The notes under the pieces: generated by a model
What the model was told of the DNA's origin: nothing
The model's input: only the letters and a program-made list of their open reading frames with translations
Databases searched by the model: none
Part shown: piece after piece, positions 52,488 through 64,000 of the stretch
Position numbering within the stretch: the first letter of the stretch is position 1
Layout of the letters: the number at the start of each line of letters is the position of its first letter
Translations under genes and position numbers: made by a program
From: Azolla caroliniana
Taxonomy: Eukaryota > Plantae > Polypodiophyta
Direction: 5' to 3'
Assembly (NCBI GenBank): GCA_043228905.1
Contig: JBHGNT010000004.1
Location: 21,700,001-21,764,000, forward strand
DNA length: 64,000 nucleotides

Positions 52488-55400
52488 ATGAGTATGAAGA
52501 TTATAACATGGAATGTGCAAGGACTCAGAAGTAGACTAGACCAGCAAAATAGATGGAAATTGAGAAGGGATCTTGAAGAACATTTACTAGGGAGTGGTGC
52601 TGACATCATCATGTTGCAGGAACACCACCTCGATAGCACACAGTTAAAGGAAGTCGGAGACCTTCTACCAGGATCATGGCGAACGATTTGGGAGCCAACA
52701 ATTGGGGAGGATGGAAATCATGGTGGTATTTGCACTTTGATTCGGGAACATCTAGCCCAAGGCTTAATATACCAAGAATCCCTTATACCTGGTAGGGCAC
52801 ATTTTTGCACGCTGACCATCCAAGGGCAACGATGGAACTTCATGAATGTTTATGCTCCAAATAACAAAATAGAAAGAGCAACATTCTGGGACTGCATCCG
52901 CCTACAAGTAGTGGGTGCGGAAGAGTGGTGCATTGGAGGGGATTTTAATATGATCGAATCCATTCATGATAGCTCCAACAACAACCCCATAGTTCTACAA
53001 GGAAGGGAACGCAAACAATGGGAGAAGCTATATGTCCACCTTAACCTGCGAGACATCTGGCATTCTACCAACTTCCAACGGAAAAGGGACTCTCTCCTAT
53101 TCTCCCGATCAGATGGGACCCTATCTCGCATTGACCGCATTTATGTGGGGGAGGCTTTAGAAGCGAAGGGAGGGTGGTGTCACATAACTCCAGGCACGAC
53201 TTTCTCTGACCATTACCCGGTAGCTGGTCATTTTCAATTGCACCGAAAATGGGACCCATTCCAGACTCGCATCCCACACACTATTTACACACTTATAGAC
53301 GTGAAGGACCAACTATCCAACCAATGGTCATTACCCGTCAATGGCTCATCAGCATCGGACAAACTTTTAGCTAAATTAACAAGAGCCTCTACTCTCCTAC
53401 ATGAGATTGTTAAGACCAAACGCAAGGATGCCCAGGAGAAGCGACAGAGGACAAAACAGGGACTAATAGCCTTACAACGACTCCAACAGAGATACCCATC
53501 CTGTAGTTGGATCGCAGGACAAGTCGCCACGGCCAAACAGGAACTTAGCATGGCAGAAAAGGCAATATATGACATGGAGTTTCATGGCAGCATGGCACGA
53601 TGGATTCGAGTAGGGGACAAAACCACAAAGGAATTCTTCCACTCCAAAGGCCTGAGGCACGCTAGAACTGTGATGCATAGCCTCAACCGGGAGGATGGAA
53701 CAACCATTGAGGATGGCGACGAAATGAGGAATATTGCCACAAGGTATTATAGCCGCCTACTTACCGAAGACATGATAGCTACAGGGGAAGACATAAGCGA
53801 TGATATTATCCTCCAAAGCATACTTGAGAAAGTCACACCGGAAATGAATACCTGGCTTGTGCGTCCCCTATCAATCATTGAGATATGGGAGGCCCTCATT
53901 GATTTAGATGCCGAGAGCTGCCCTGGAATTGACGGTCTCACCCCGCATTTTTTCACATGCCTTTGGGGCACTATTAAAGAAGACCTCCTCTAGGCATATG
54001 AGGAGATCATCACGTCTGGAAGCATGCTAGAGGAATTTGGATAGGGGATGATACATCTCATTCCTAAAAGTGGTGGGAACGCCGACGACATTCACAAGTG
54101 GCGGCCCATTACTCTTCTCAATACTATCTATAAATTGCTCGCAAAAATCGTGGCACGCCGTTTAACTCCACTTCTCCCTCAACTCATTCATCCGTCACAG
54201 ACAGGTTTCGTTAGAAATTGGAGCATCCTAGACAACCTCTTCTCATTTTGGGAAGCAATAGCCCTTGCCAAGCAAACCAAGAAGAAGGTAGCGGTGGTGC
54301 CACTAGATTTTGAGAAAGCCTATGACAGGGTATGCTGGAACTTTCTAGAAAGTGTGATGAGGAAACTTGACTTTCAAGAGACATGGATCAAAGGCATTGC
54401 AGGATTTTATAGGAATGGCAGTAGTTGCGTTTCACTGGCAGGTGAAAGGGGCCCCTTTTTCCGAATATCCCGCTCTGTACGGCAGGGATGCCCACTAGCT
54501 CCATCCTTATTTCTATTATACGCCGAAGCACTCTCTTGCTTTCTCAACTCGCGGCATCTCAACATACGTGGTCTTCCCATACCTCATTCTTACCAAAGCA
54601 TCCTGGATATAGAATTTGCAGATGACATAGCAGTCTACCTGCAAGGGGACCTAGAAAACCTCCAAAAGCTAGAAAGTGGGCTAGTTTTATTTTGCAAGAG
54701 ATCCAATGCCATGATCAATTGGCACAAATCCTGTGCAATATGGCTCTCTCAGGAAACACATCCGGCGTGGCACCCACACCCCGCTTTCAAGTGGATCAAG
54801 CAAGGAACGAGCACCAAATATTTGGGCTTCCAAATTGGTTGCAACATACCGCCGGAGACTATGATTGCACCCGTTATCCTTTCCATTCGACAAAAGCTGA
54901 TACATTGGAGCTCTAAAAAATTGTCGCTAGTAGGTCGCATCATTGTGGCAAATCAGGTACTCCTCGCAATAGCATGGTACAGTCTATCATGCTGGACAAT
55001 CTCCAAGGAAAGTATACATCAGATTCAACGACTGGTCCGCAACTACATTTGGTCTGGTAAGGAAGACCATGTATCTCGCGCCAAGGTGGCGTGGCCTATA
55101 CTCACAACGCCTAAGTCGAGAGGGGGATTGGGTCTTATTGATCCCCTTTCACAATCGAAAGCCTTACTTGCCAAATTTGTGGTGCGAGGACTCCAACCAG
55201 GAAATGATTGTTGGAAAATGGTACTGAGGTTACGTTTCGCTTACTTTAGGCCACGAAAAGGGGTCAATTGGGCCCCCCAAACGGGATGGATTCTAAACAT
55301 GGATCTCAAACCTAGTTTCTCCCGCCATTTGGAGGAAAGATTCAGTGCATCCATGTGGAAGGCATGGTGTGACATTCGTCGAGGGCTCCAGTGTGATCAA

Positions 55401-56771
55401 CCGAGATCTGAACCTGCCTGGCTCAGTCAACGTATCCTATGGAACCCATGCCTCAAGGATGAATATAATCAACTACTGGGATCACGTAAGGGGTTGTCAT
55501 GGGGATACATTGCAGAAGGTCCAGGCAAAAGTATAGAATGTTGGCGACGGTTTATGTCAATGCCACTACAAGATCAAGCGAACATACTCCATGGAATCAG
55601 GGGCGGATGGACTATGAGATCGGAAATCATTAATGCGCTACTGATTAGGGAATCTGCTACTCAAAGGACGACAATGGAGAAATGGATAGGCCACGAGGAG
55701 GAGGGCTCTCTGATCCCGAGAGGTAGGGGATCACCAGATAGGCTCGAAGGCCATGAATTGCGAGACACTGAGACACCCACACAGAATAACGCCATTCGAG
55801 TACTCGCGTACACTGGTCATAAATGGATTGTAGATCCTGATCCGATCAAAGTACAACCCGATTGGCATATATGTACTCATGAAAACACATGGCTACGTAA
55901 GGTCAGTTGGAACCCTTTGCAATGGACATGGCGTGATCCCTACGCGGGGCAAGGAAGCAAATCCATCCCTTTCTTCCAATTCACAACTAGATTGGGTCGC
56001 CACATTCTAGCTGCTCAAGCCGCCCGAGAGCCGGCAGCTGCGAAGGTCTGGCACACATTTCAAGTTCCCTCCGCAATAATCACCAAGTTTTGGCAGAAAA
56101 TCTGGAAGCAACAACACGCGAGGCGAATTACCACTTTCCAATGGCTGTTAATACATAAGTCCCTACTGGTGGGAGCATGGCAACGTGGGAACCTTAGCTC
56201 TCCTAATTGTGTAGAGTGCCCACATGCAGTAGAATCCATACGACACGCTCTGTGGGACTGCCCAACGTCCCATAGAATATGGCGGGGGGTTGGCCGCTTG
56301 TTGCAATTATGCCAGGTGCAAGGTTCAATCAAGTGGGGAAATATATGTTGGCTATCATGGCAGGCTGCAATTGGTCAATACGAACATCAGGAGGAGGGGA
56401 TGACTTTGGTGATAAAAGCGCAAGAGGTTCTTTTCTCCTCCAGCGGCAATGTCCACTATATTCCTCTTAATGACAAATCTCAAGAGGTGTTGGAATTGGT
56501 CAGCCCAATAACCCTTTGGATTCTATGGAAACAACAATGTAGGCGAGTCTTCTCCAACCAAACCACCCATCCAACAAGGTTACTGCAAGAGATATGGAGT
56601 GAAATTGTAGCCACTCTGAAGAGCCAATATGATGGCCTTAAAGGTGGTTCTGAGGGAGTTGAAAGACAACGCATAGCCTTCATCCAACAATGGTCGTCCT
56701 CTCCCTTTCTTGAGTCATTGGGCTTCCACTTTAGATGGAACTATCGCGTCCCTTTAGGGATTTGTATATAA
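52488..56771 (+). pseudogene. LINE ORF2 (endonuclease-reverse transcriptase) with two in-frame TAG stops
   Basis: Same frame throughout; stops at 53991-53993 and 54042-54044. Confidence 0.9.
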
Positions 56772-57941
56772 TCGTCTCATTTGTAAAATTTTATAACTAA
56801 TGGAAGGAGTTTTTTTTTGGAAAAAAGAAAAGAAAAAAAAAGATGTCATTTGATGTACAAGTTTTAATAATGAAAAGCTTTATATGATGCTTCATTATTA
56901 TACATTTTATTACTATAGAAAATACACAAAGATACACAAATAAACATAACTACCTACAAAGATAATGAAATCCTACAAAAAAAAAGATACAAATTGAATA
57001 CTTAATCATCATATATTTCTTAAAGCCCAAAAAATTCAAAAAAATGTTTGTCATACCGTGATTCCTCATATTACGCATTGTGCAATATGTATCTACTTCA
57101 ATGATACTATCCTTCTCTCTTTCTCTTCAAACAAAGGTTAAATATATCCCTCCAACAAATGTTTGATGTCTCCTAAAATCCCTCTAGTATCACTTGTGCA
57201 TATTAATAGTTCATCCAATCAACAATCAAACATAATAACCTCATCACAACCATACTCCTTGATATCTATGGCTTCAACCAATCAACAATCAGACCTATCT
57301 CACCTCCTCCATGCTTTCTATGGCTTTCAATAAGTTCATATTGGACAAACATATGTAACTAATCTCTCTAATTGCTTAGTCCTTATCCCATTCCACTTTG
57401 TCATACACGCTTCTCGTGAGCAATATTCAAAGAAAAAAGATTCAATAAAAGAGAAAAACAGAGAAAATAGAGAGAAAGAGAAAAAAAGAGACAAAATACA
57501 TACTTCAGAGTGGTGTAGTGGCAAACAGTAGATGTCGTGCAATCACTGAGAAGCGACAGGGAGCAACGAGTAGTGAGCTAGCTGAGGGCAATTGGTAACA
57601 ACCAAGGAACAGGGAGTAGCGATGAAGGAAAGCAACGAGCAACGCGTGAAGAAGGAACAGGAAGCGTGAAGAAGGAAGCAAGAAAAGAGAAAATAAGGGG
57701 GGAAATAAAAAGAGGGGGGAATTTGGGAATGAAACATTGGAAGAAATATACAATATAAATATTTTCATATACTATAGAAATAGCCGGCTCATCCGACTAG
57801 ATTCCAGTTGGTCGGAAATACTGTCCGGAATCGATTCCGGCTATCCATAATGGTTGCCGCCGGCCGGGAAAAGTCCCGACTCCCAATTCAACCTTTGCCC
57901 AACATTATAATATATATATATATATATACATACATACATAT

Positions 57942-58354
57942 ATATATGACATGGAAATTAAATTTTTGGCATGACATTTGACATGTATAATTTTTGGGTG
58001 CCTTTCGCATGAAAAATGAAAATTGTAAGTTTATATGTCACTTGACGGACATTTTTATTGGGTGTATGTTTTTGACGGGAAAAATGGCCTTAGACGGGCA
58101 TGACACCCGCCAAATTCCTGCCCTGATACAAAGCTAACTATATATAATTGTTCACTTCTTGCAAGCAATGAGGGCAAAAATTTGATGGGTATTGTGCCTG
58201 TCAAAGGCCATTTTGCCCATAAAAATACATTAACCTAATAAAAACTTTTGTCAAGCGACATATAAAGTTAAAATTTCCATTTTCATGTGAAAGGCCCTTG
58301 AAAAATTATACATGTCAAATGACATGCTAAAATTCTATTTTCCATGTCATATAT
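57942..58354. repeat. Long imperfect inverted repeat (~180-bp arms, ~46-bp spacer); MITE/foldback-like
   Basis: 57942-58123 is the reverse complement of 58170-58354, e.g. ATATGACATGGAAA..TTTCCATGTCATAT and ATTTGACATGTATAATTTTT..AAAAATTATACATGTCAAAT. Confidence 0.85.
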
Positions 58355-61168
58355 ATTCTATATACATATGTCACCCATTTCTAGGAATTTAGCCTCTCCT
58401 ATCCAAGCAAAAAATCATGGCATTTGGTACTTTGGTTATCCATACTCAAAATCAAATGTTTGAAAAGTTTTTATTTTTCCAATAATGGTTGTTTAATGCC
58501 TATCATTTGTTTCCTAGCCTTATCTAGTTTGTCTATCAATCATTTTGGCTTTGTGAATTCATTGAGCTCTGCAATAGGAAAAAGGAACAAACCATACTTT
58601 TATATAGCTTTGAGCAACCACCAACATTGCCAATTAGCATATGTTTTGTATCCATAAAACCAGAAGTATTACAACCATATATTGTTTTGGATGAACTTAG
58701 CCCGTTGTGCAAATTTCAATGTGCTCATGTCTAATTGGCACACTTGTCATAAAGAGAGGTTACCAATGTTAGCCCACTTACAACAAATCAACAGGTTTGA
58801 CGTTTGAGGTTGGTAATAACCATCAAAAGGTTTTTGTGTCAGTTTGTAAGGTTGAACAAATGGTTAAACATGATTTCTTGCTAGACTTCCAAGATAAACG
58901 AGTTCATTGTAGTAATAATGGCTCTTTTCGAGTTACCACCCAAGGAATCCTATATTAAACATCTCTCCTTGAATCATCATCAACTACAAATTTTCATGTC
59001 CTGATAATCTAGGTAGACTTAGATAGTAACTTACTTGAAGTAAGAATGTGAGTTTGGAATCTCAGTAGGGTACATGATGTTCTCCATGTGCAATGTCCAC
59101 CAACACCATGATCACTAAACTGGAATGACATATATATTTGATAACTTACTTATGAAACAAAGTGCAGATTTAATATAACACCGTAGAATAAGAGGTTTCC
59201 TTACCCGAGTGTGGAAAGAGATTTATTAATGCTTGTAGCCTCTCTCAGTTGCTCACCTTCTGCCTTAGAGCTCTTTTGTCTGCCAAATAGATTTGCATTA
59301 TCAATCAACTGATTATTCGTGCTTCTTATATCTTTACAAGAGAGTGAGCAAGAACCAACCAACGTCTCTGAACCAGCAAGAGCCGAAGGACACTAGCATG
59401 CCACGAGATTTGCTCCCTAGCTTGCAAGTAATGTGGTCCATTGAACACAGACTTTGGATCCTGTCAAATGCCTCTAATAAGTCTTTGGAACTTGGACAAG
59501 AGCTATGAAGCCAAATACTATGGAATGTACATAAACAATGGAAATCATAAACAAATCATAAAATATCATGGATGTAAGTGCATATATGATTGCCTATCAC
59601 CTGTAACAAATGAGATTGCTGAATGAGACACTACTTTATTCATCCCCTTTCCCCCTCCGCAAGAGAAGCAGAAGAACAAGAAGGAAGAGACATAAAATAG
59701 TGTGAGTGTATAATGAGTAGTAGATACATAGGTAGACACAGATTAAATACAACATTGTGCAACTCTTTATAAAATTATTATATAGCACATATGTATGTAT
59801 GTATACACATAATACAAAAGAAGTGCATCTTGTATAGAATACACATAGGAGTAGTTGTAGTTGCAAGTAATTTGTTTAGATTCTTTTTTTGTTTCTTTGT
59901 GCATAAGGAGAGTGTGTACTTACTAATCTGCAAAAGACATTTAATACCTATAGAGTATAAGAATTAGTGTAGAAAGGATATAAGTACTTAGATACAAATT
60001 TACACTACACAAACCTATAATTTGACGTATGCATTCTTTATCTAGTCTCAAACCTACATGGTGCCGTGTTTATTCATCAATATTACCTCCAAAAAATCAT
60101 ATCTCAAAGTAAGAGTTATGATATTACTCCCTTCACCTATAATTGCGGCCCTACACTAACCTTAGTGAGGATCATCATTGGGATTGTTTCCTTACCCCCT
60201 TGATGTTAACAATTCCCTTGTTTCCTTGTGCAATTCAGTAAATATGTTATAAAAGCTCATGGTCATAACCAAAAATAAACTATGCAACAATTTTGGAATT
60301 GCCTCTTTGTTTGCATGCTTGAGGCTTTGACGAGCAAACTAAAATATTTCATATGTGAATGTGTTGAGCAAGGCAATTTTGTATTAAGTTCATGTTAGCT
60401 TTGTAACTAAGATCTCAAGCATTATGATCATACATTAAGCAATTATGTATACTGTCTCAAGTTTGGATGATGATTCAAGTTTTGAACCCAATTGGTGATC
60501 TTTCACCATACCATGAACATTGAATATTGGGATTGTATTAGCGAAAGGCTTTTCTTCTGGTTACAAAATCAGCAAAATCTTTTAATGTTCAACAATAGCC
60601 AAGTGGTTATTCTTGTCAACAGTGACATGTAAATGTGGTTTCTTTTAACACTTAATCATGATTAGAATGAAAATGTACTCTTTAGGATTGAAATATGTAA
60701 TGCATCACAAGTTTATGACAATGGAACATGTGACATGATCATTTATACAACTTGAATTGGGCTTTTACCTTGATTTTATTGTCTAATCGTTGGAACATGG
60801 GTTGATTTTTATAACAATAAGAACGCACAATTATCTTTTCAAGATTAAAACAATGCAAGAAAAGTTTACTATAGTGGAATGTATGGAATGATTTATTCAT
60901 ATTTATTTAACATGATCTCTACTATCCATTCATTAGAACCACAAAAAGTTCTGTTAACATAATCATCACAAGCATCCTAATAGTTAGTCCATCATGTAAT
61001 TTAAAAAAATGCACATTAGCCTTTCTATAGTAAATAGAATGTGTTATTTGTGGGACAAAAGGGAGACAATGTCAAACGAATCCAAGGATACAGGTAGGTA
61101 AACAACCACCGAGAAGGAGGAAGGTGAAAAATAACATGTGAGAATGAAGGCTGAGAAGAAAGGATCGA

Positions 61169-61858
61169 CTGAAGTGCGCCGAACAGAAAGGGAAGTTATA
61201 AAACGAGAAGCAAAATCAGAAGGAAAAAGAGAGACAGAAGGGGAGAATTACTGTTATTTGTCTGATTGTATGAGAATAGAACTCCAGCTGGAAGCTGGGT
61301 AACTGTTGAATCTACATCAATTAATATATTTATCTTTGTGGGTCAAATTTGTCCAAGCCTCTATCTGTGTATTTGGAATTGTTGTCTTATTGTCAAGTGC
61401 AATTTACACGTTCGGTGGTGGTTGACTATTTTCCGTAATTAATTAGCCGTGCAATCCTGGGGTCCTTGTCCATCCCTACGTACCACGACCCCTTGACCCA
61501 TATGCCTCACAAATTCTGTCTGACTAATTGAAGCGCGCCGAGCAGAAAGGGAAGTTATAAAACGAGAAGCAGAATCAGAAGGAAAAAGAGAGACAGAAGG
61601 GGAGAATTACTGTTATCTGTCTGATTGTATGAGAATAGAACTCTGGTTGGACGTCGTGTTACTATCGAATCTAAATCAATTAATATATTTATCTTTGTGG
61701 GTCAAATATGTCCAAGCCTCTATTTGCGTATTTGGAATTGTTGTCTTACTGTCAAGTGCAATTTACATGGCCGATGGTGGCCGACTATTTTCCATAATTA
61801 ATTAATCGTGCAATCTCGGGGTCCTTGTCCATCCCTACGTACCATGACCCGTTGACCT
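61169..61858 (+). repeat. Tandem duplication, period ~359 bp, LTR-like sequence
   Basis: 61169-61498 and 61528-61857 align closely. Each has TTATAAAA followed by a GA-rich tract. Confidence 0.85.
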
Positions 61859-62064
61859 AATTACCCTAGAAGTAATCGAAGGTGTTATCTCAGAGAAGAG
61901 ACAACAGAATGCATACATTTTAGGCTTAATAAAACGTGCAAACAAATTCTTTCTCTAGTGAAGGGTCGAGACTACAACTCATTATTTCATTTAATTATGG
62001 TGGCCGAAATTTCCAATCTAGTTGATCTTCCTTGAGATTACTTTGAGATTTTGAACAATGCCTT

Positions 62065-63961
62065 TGTTGAGATATCAACCTCAACTAGATTTAGTTAGTT
62101 AGTCAACAAACGTAGCTTAGTAGTTACCTAGATAGAATCTAGTTAGTGTTTTGACCTGGAAGCCTTAAATAGGATTTTGTACTTGAGTGGGATACATTGT
62201 TTATCCTCCACTCCCATGATCATTTACTATAGGATTTACACCTTTGTACCTATATTCTACTCACACATGTGCACCTTTGCACATGAGATGTATACATACC
62301 TCATTGTGGGTATTTTTGTATTTGATGATGCTAATTAATATAGAGGAAAGGTCTTTAGCTACACTCTTGTTAATTATCCACCATTTACATTATTGTTCTC
62401 TTTCCTCTTTAGCTACACTCTTGTTAATTATCCACCATTTACATTATTGTTCATAAGTGTATCTTCTCTCTCTCACACAGACACATTGACACATAGACAC
62501 AGACACACACACACACAGACACAGACACAGACACAGACACACACACACACACATATGCACACATATCACATAATCTTCGGTTGCTAACTACTCACATAAT
62601 TAGTCATTAATTAACCCTAGTTAATTACCTAATTATTAACATGGTATCAAAGCGTGTGGTTTAGCACATCCACTAAGCCCATCCGACTCTTCGTGATTGT
62701 GTGTTTGAGACACCAACGACAAATCCGGCTATAGGCTATCGTAGTGCCGCTATGTAGCACGTGTACGTGACCAAAGGAAGAAAAGAAAAAAAGGAAGACA
62801 TTACAACAACATGAACACACAAATGGGTAGCTTGCTCCCTAGTGAAAAGCTAGACCTTAGCAATTATTTATCTTGGGAGTACAACATGAACCAATACCTA
62901 GTCGGCCAAGGGTATTAGAGCTACATCGACGACGCACAAGAAAATCGACCCGACCCAAAGAATGCGGACTACTCAACATGGGAGCAAGCGACGAGTCGAG
63001 TCATGTCTTGCTTAGCAACATGTGTCCACGATCACATGCTTAGCCACATTCGAGACGCCAAGACACCTAAAGAGTCGTGGGAGAACTTGAAGAAATTGTT
63101 CACTGCTAACACGACTGCCCGCAACCTTCAACTCCGACAAGAGTTGAACAACATCCGACAAAAAGACATGTCCGTGTTGAACTACACCGCCAAGATCAAG
63201 AGCATTTGCGACTTGCTTGGTTCCATCAACATAAATGTCAACGAAGGCAAAGATAGTTCAAGTATGCTTGGGCGACCTCACACAACAATTTGACTTGTTA
63301 AGGACAACAATCTTTGCGAGGGAAAACCCTTCAATCAATGCTATTGGTTGAAGAGAACCATGTCTGAAAAAAAAGCAAGATGTCAGAAGGACAAATGTTC
63401 TTCTCGAATTTGTATGGTGGTCGAGGAGGTTGCGGCGGTAGAAGAGGTCAATTTGACCTATCTCACGAAGGGAACTCAAACCTTCAACAACACGACGGAA
63501 GCCATCAATGAACCTTCAAAAGAACGGGAGCTTCCATGCTGACCAAGGTTAACAAACAAGGCCCACTACTTGCAACTATTTTGGCAAAATCGGCCACCGC
63601 GAAAAGGAGTGCCGAAAAAGAAGAAACGAGTCAGCTTCCACAAAGTTGACAACTCACAAACTACGCCACCAAGTCCGAATACAACGACTACGGTGGGCTA
63701 TCTATAATGAGACATAGAGCGAACTCTATGTCGGTCTCCGACTCCACAAGCACCTCCAACTCGGAAGACGTGTGATTCGTCGACTCCGGCGCCTCACATC
63801 ATATGACGTTACACCAAGAGTGGTTTTGTGACTTAAGAACGCCGGATCAACCCGTCTTCATAAAGACGGGAGATGACACCACACATCCCATTCGGCACAT
63901 CGGTAACGTTCCATTCGAAAACGACAACAAAAAACAATTGCATAAAGAATGTCTTGCACGT
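62065..63961 (+). mobile_element. Decayed Ty1/copia (5' LTR 62065-62641, PBS, gag-protease), related to the element at 32522
   Basis: Starts TGTTGAGATATCAACCTCAAC and the LTR ends TAACA. PBS TGGTATCAAAGC at 62642. Gag starts MNTQMGS at 62811, like ORF 33061; FVDSGASHHMT at ~63777. Many stops and frameshifts. Confidence 0.88.
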
Positions 63962-64000
63962 TGTTGTAGTGTAGTCTGCACACTACGTGAAAAATGTAAA

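Larger units (their letters stand above)
50929..56841 (+). mobile_element. L1-like LINE, near full length (ORF1 partial, ORF2 EN-RT-zf-RVT, poly(A))
   Basis: ORF1 knuckle CFACKKLGHLKKNC. ORF2 motifs IITWNVQG, GGDFN, SRIDRIY, SDHYPV, LDFEKAYDRV, VRQGCPL, EFADD. A-rich tail 56821-56841. The 5' boundary is uncertain because of the gap. Confidence 0.93.

Noticed and set aside
58400-59600. Possible very old LINE remnant on the minus strand
   Set aside because: Only vague similarity; no diagnostic motif could be read with confidence.
63962-64000. Possible new LTR starting TGTTGTAG where the copia protease frame breaks
   Set aside because: Only 39 bp are visible at the window edge; no second LTR or TSD to confirm it.

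Overview
Repeat-rich plant genomic DNA with spliceosomal introns, microsatellites and one 100-N gap. The TE content and gene style suggest a fern or other non-seed plant, which is an inference. Three host genes are supported. (1) A spliced two-component histidine kinase-like gene on the minus strand (3955 to beyond base 1) with an unusual N-terminus: 2 hydrophobic segments, ~17 tandem 13-aa repeats and low-complexity tracts, followed by HisKA and HATPase_c domains with deviant catalytic motifs. (2) An intronless ATL-type RING-H2 E3 ligase (44667-45488, +). (3) An 8-exon small purple acid phosphatase (50170-46974, -). From ~10.6 to 36.3 kb lies a nested retroelement stack: an old LINE split by a Ty3/gypsy element (carrying a nested Ty1/copia and a large extra ORF), an intact young Ty1/copia, and a truncated copia joined to a second LINE. 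A near full-length L1-type LINE, a long inverted repeat, a 359-bp tandem duplication and another decayed copia fill the right end. The best novelty candidates are the repeat-bearing atypical histidine kinase, the gypsy extra ORF, a ~240-bp target site hit by up to three LTR insertions, and a 12-nt motif shared by three LINE 3' ends. All alignments and counts were done by eye.
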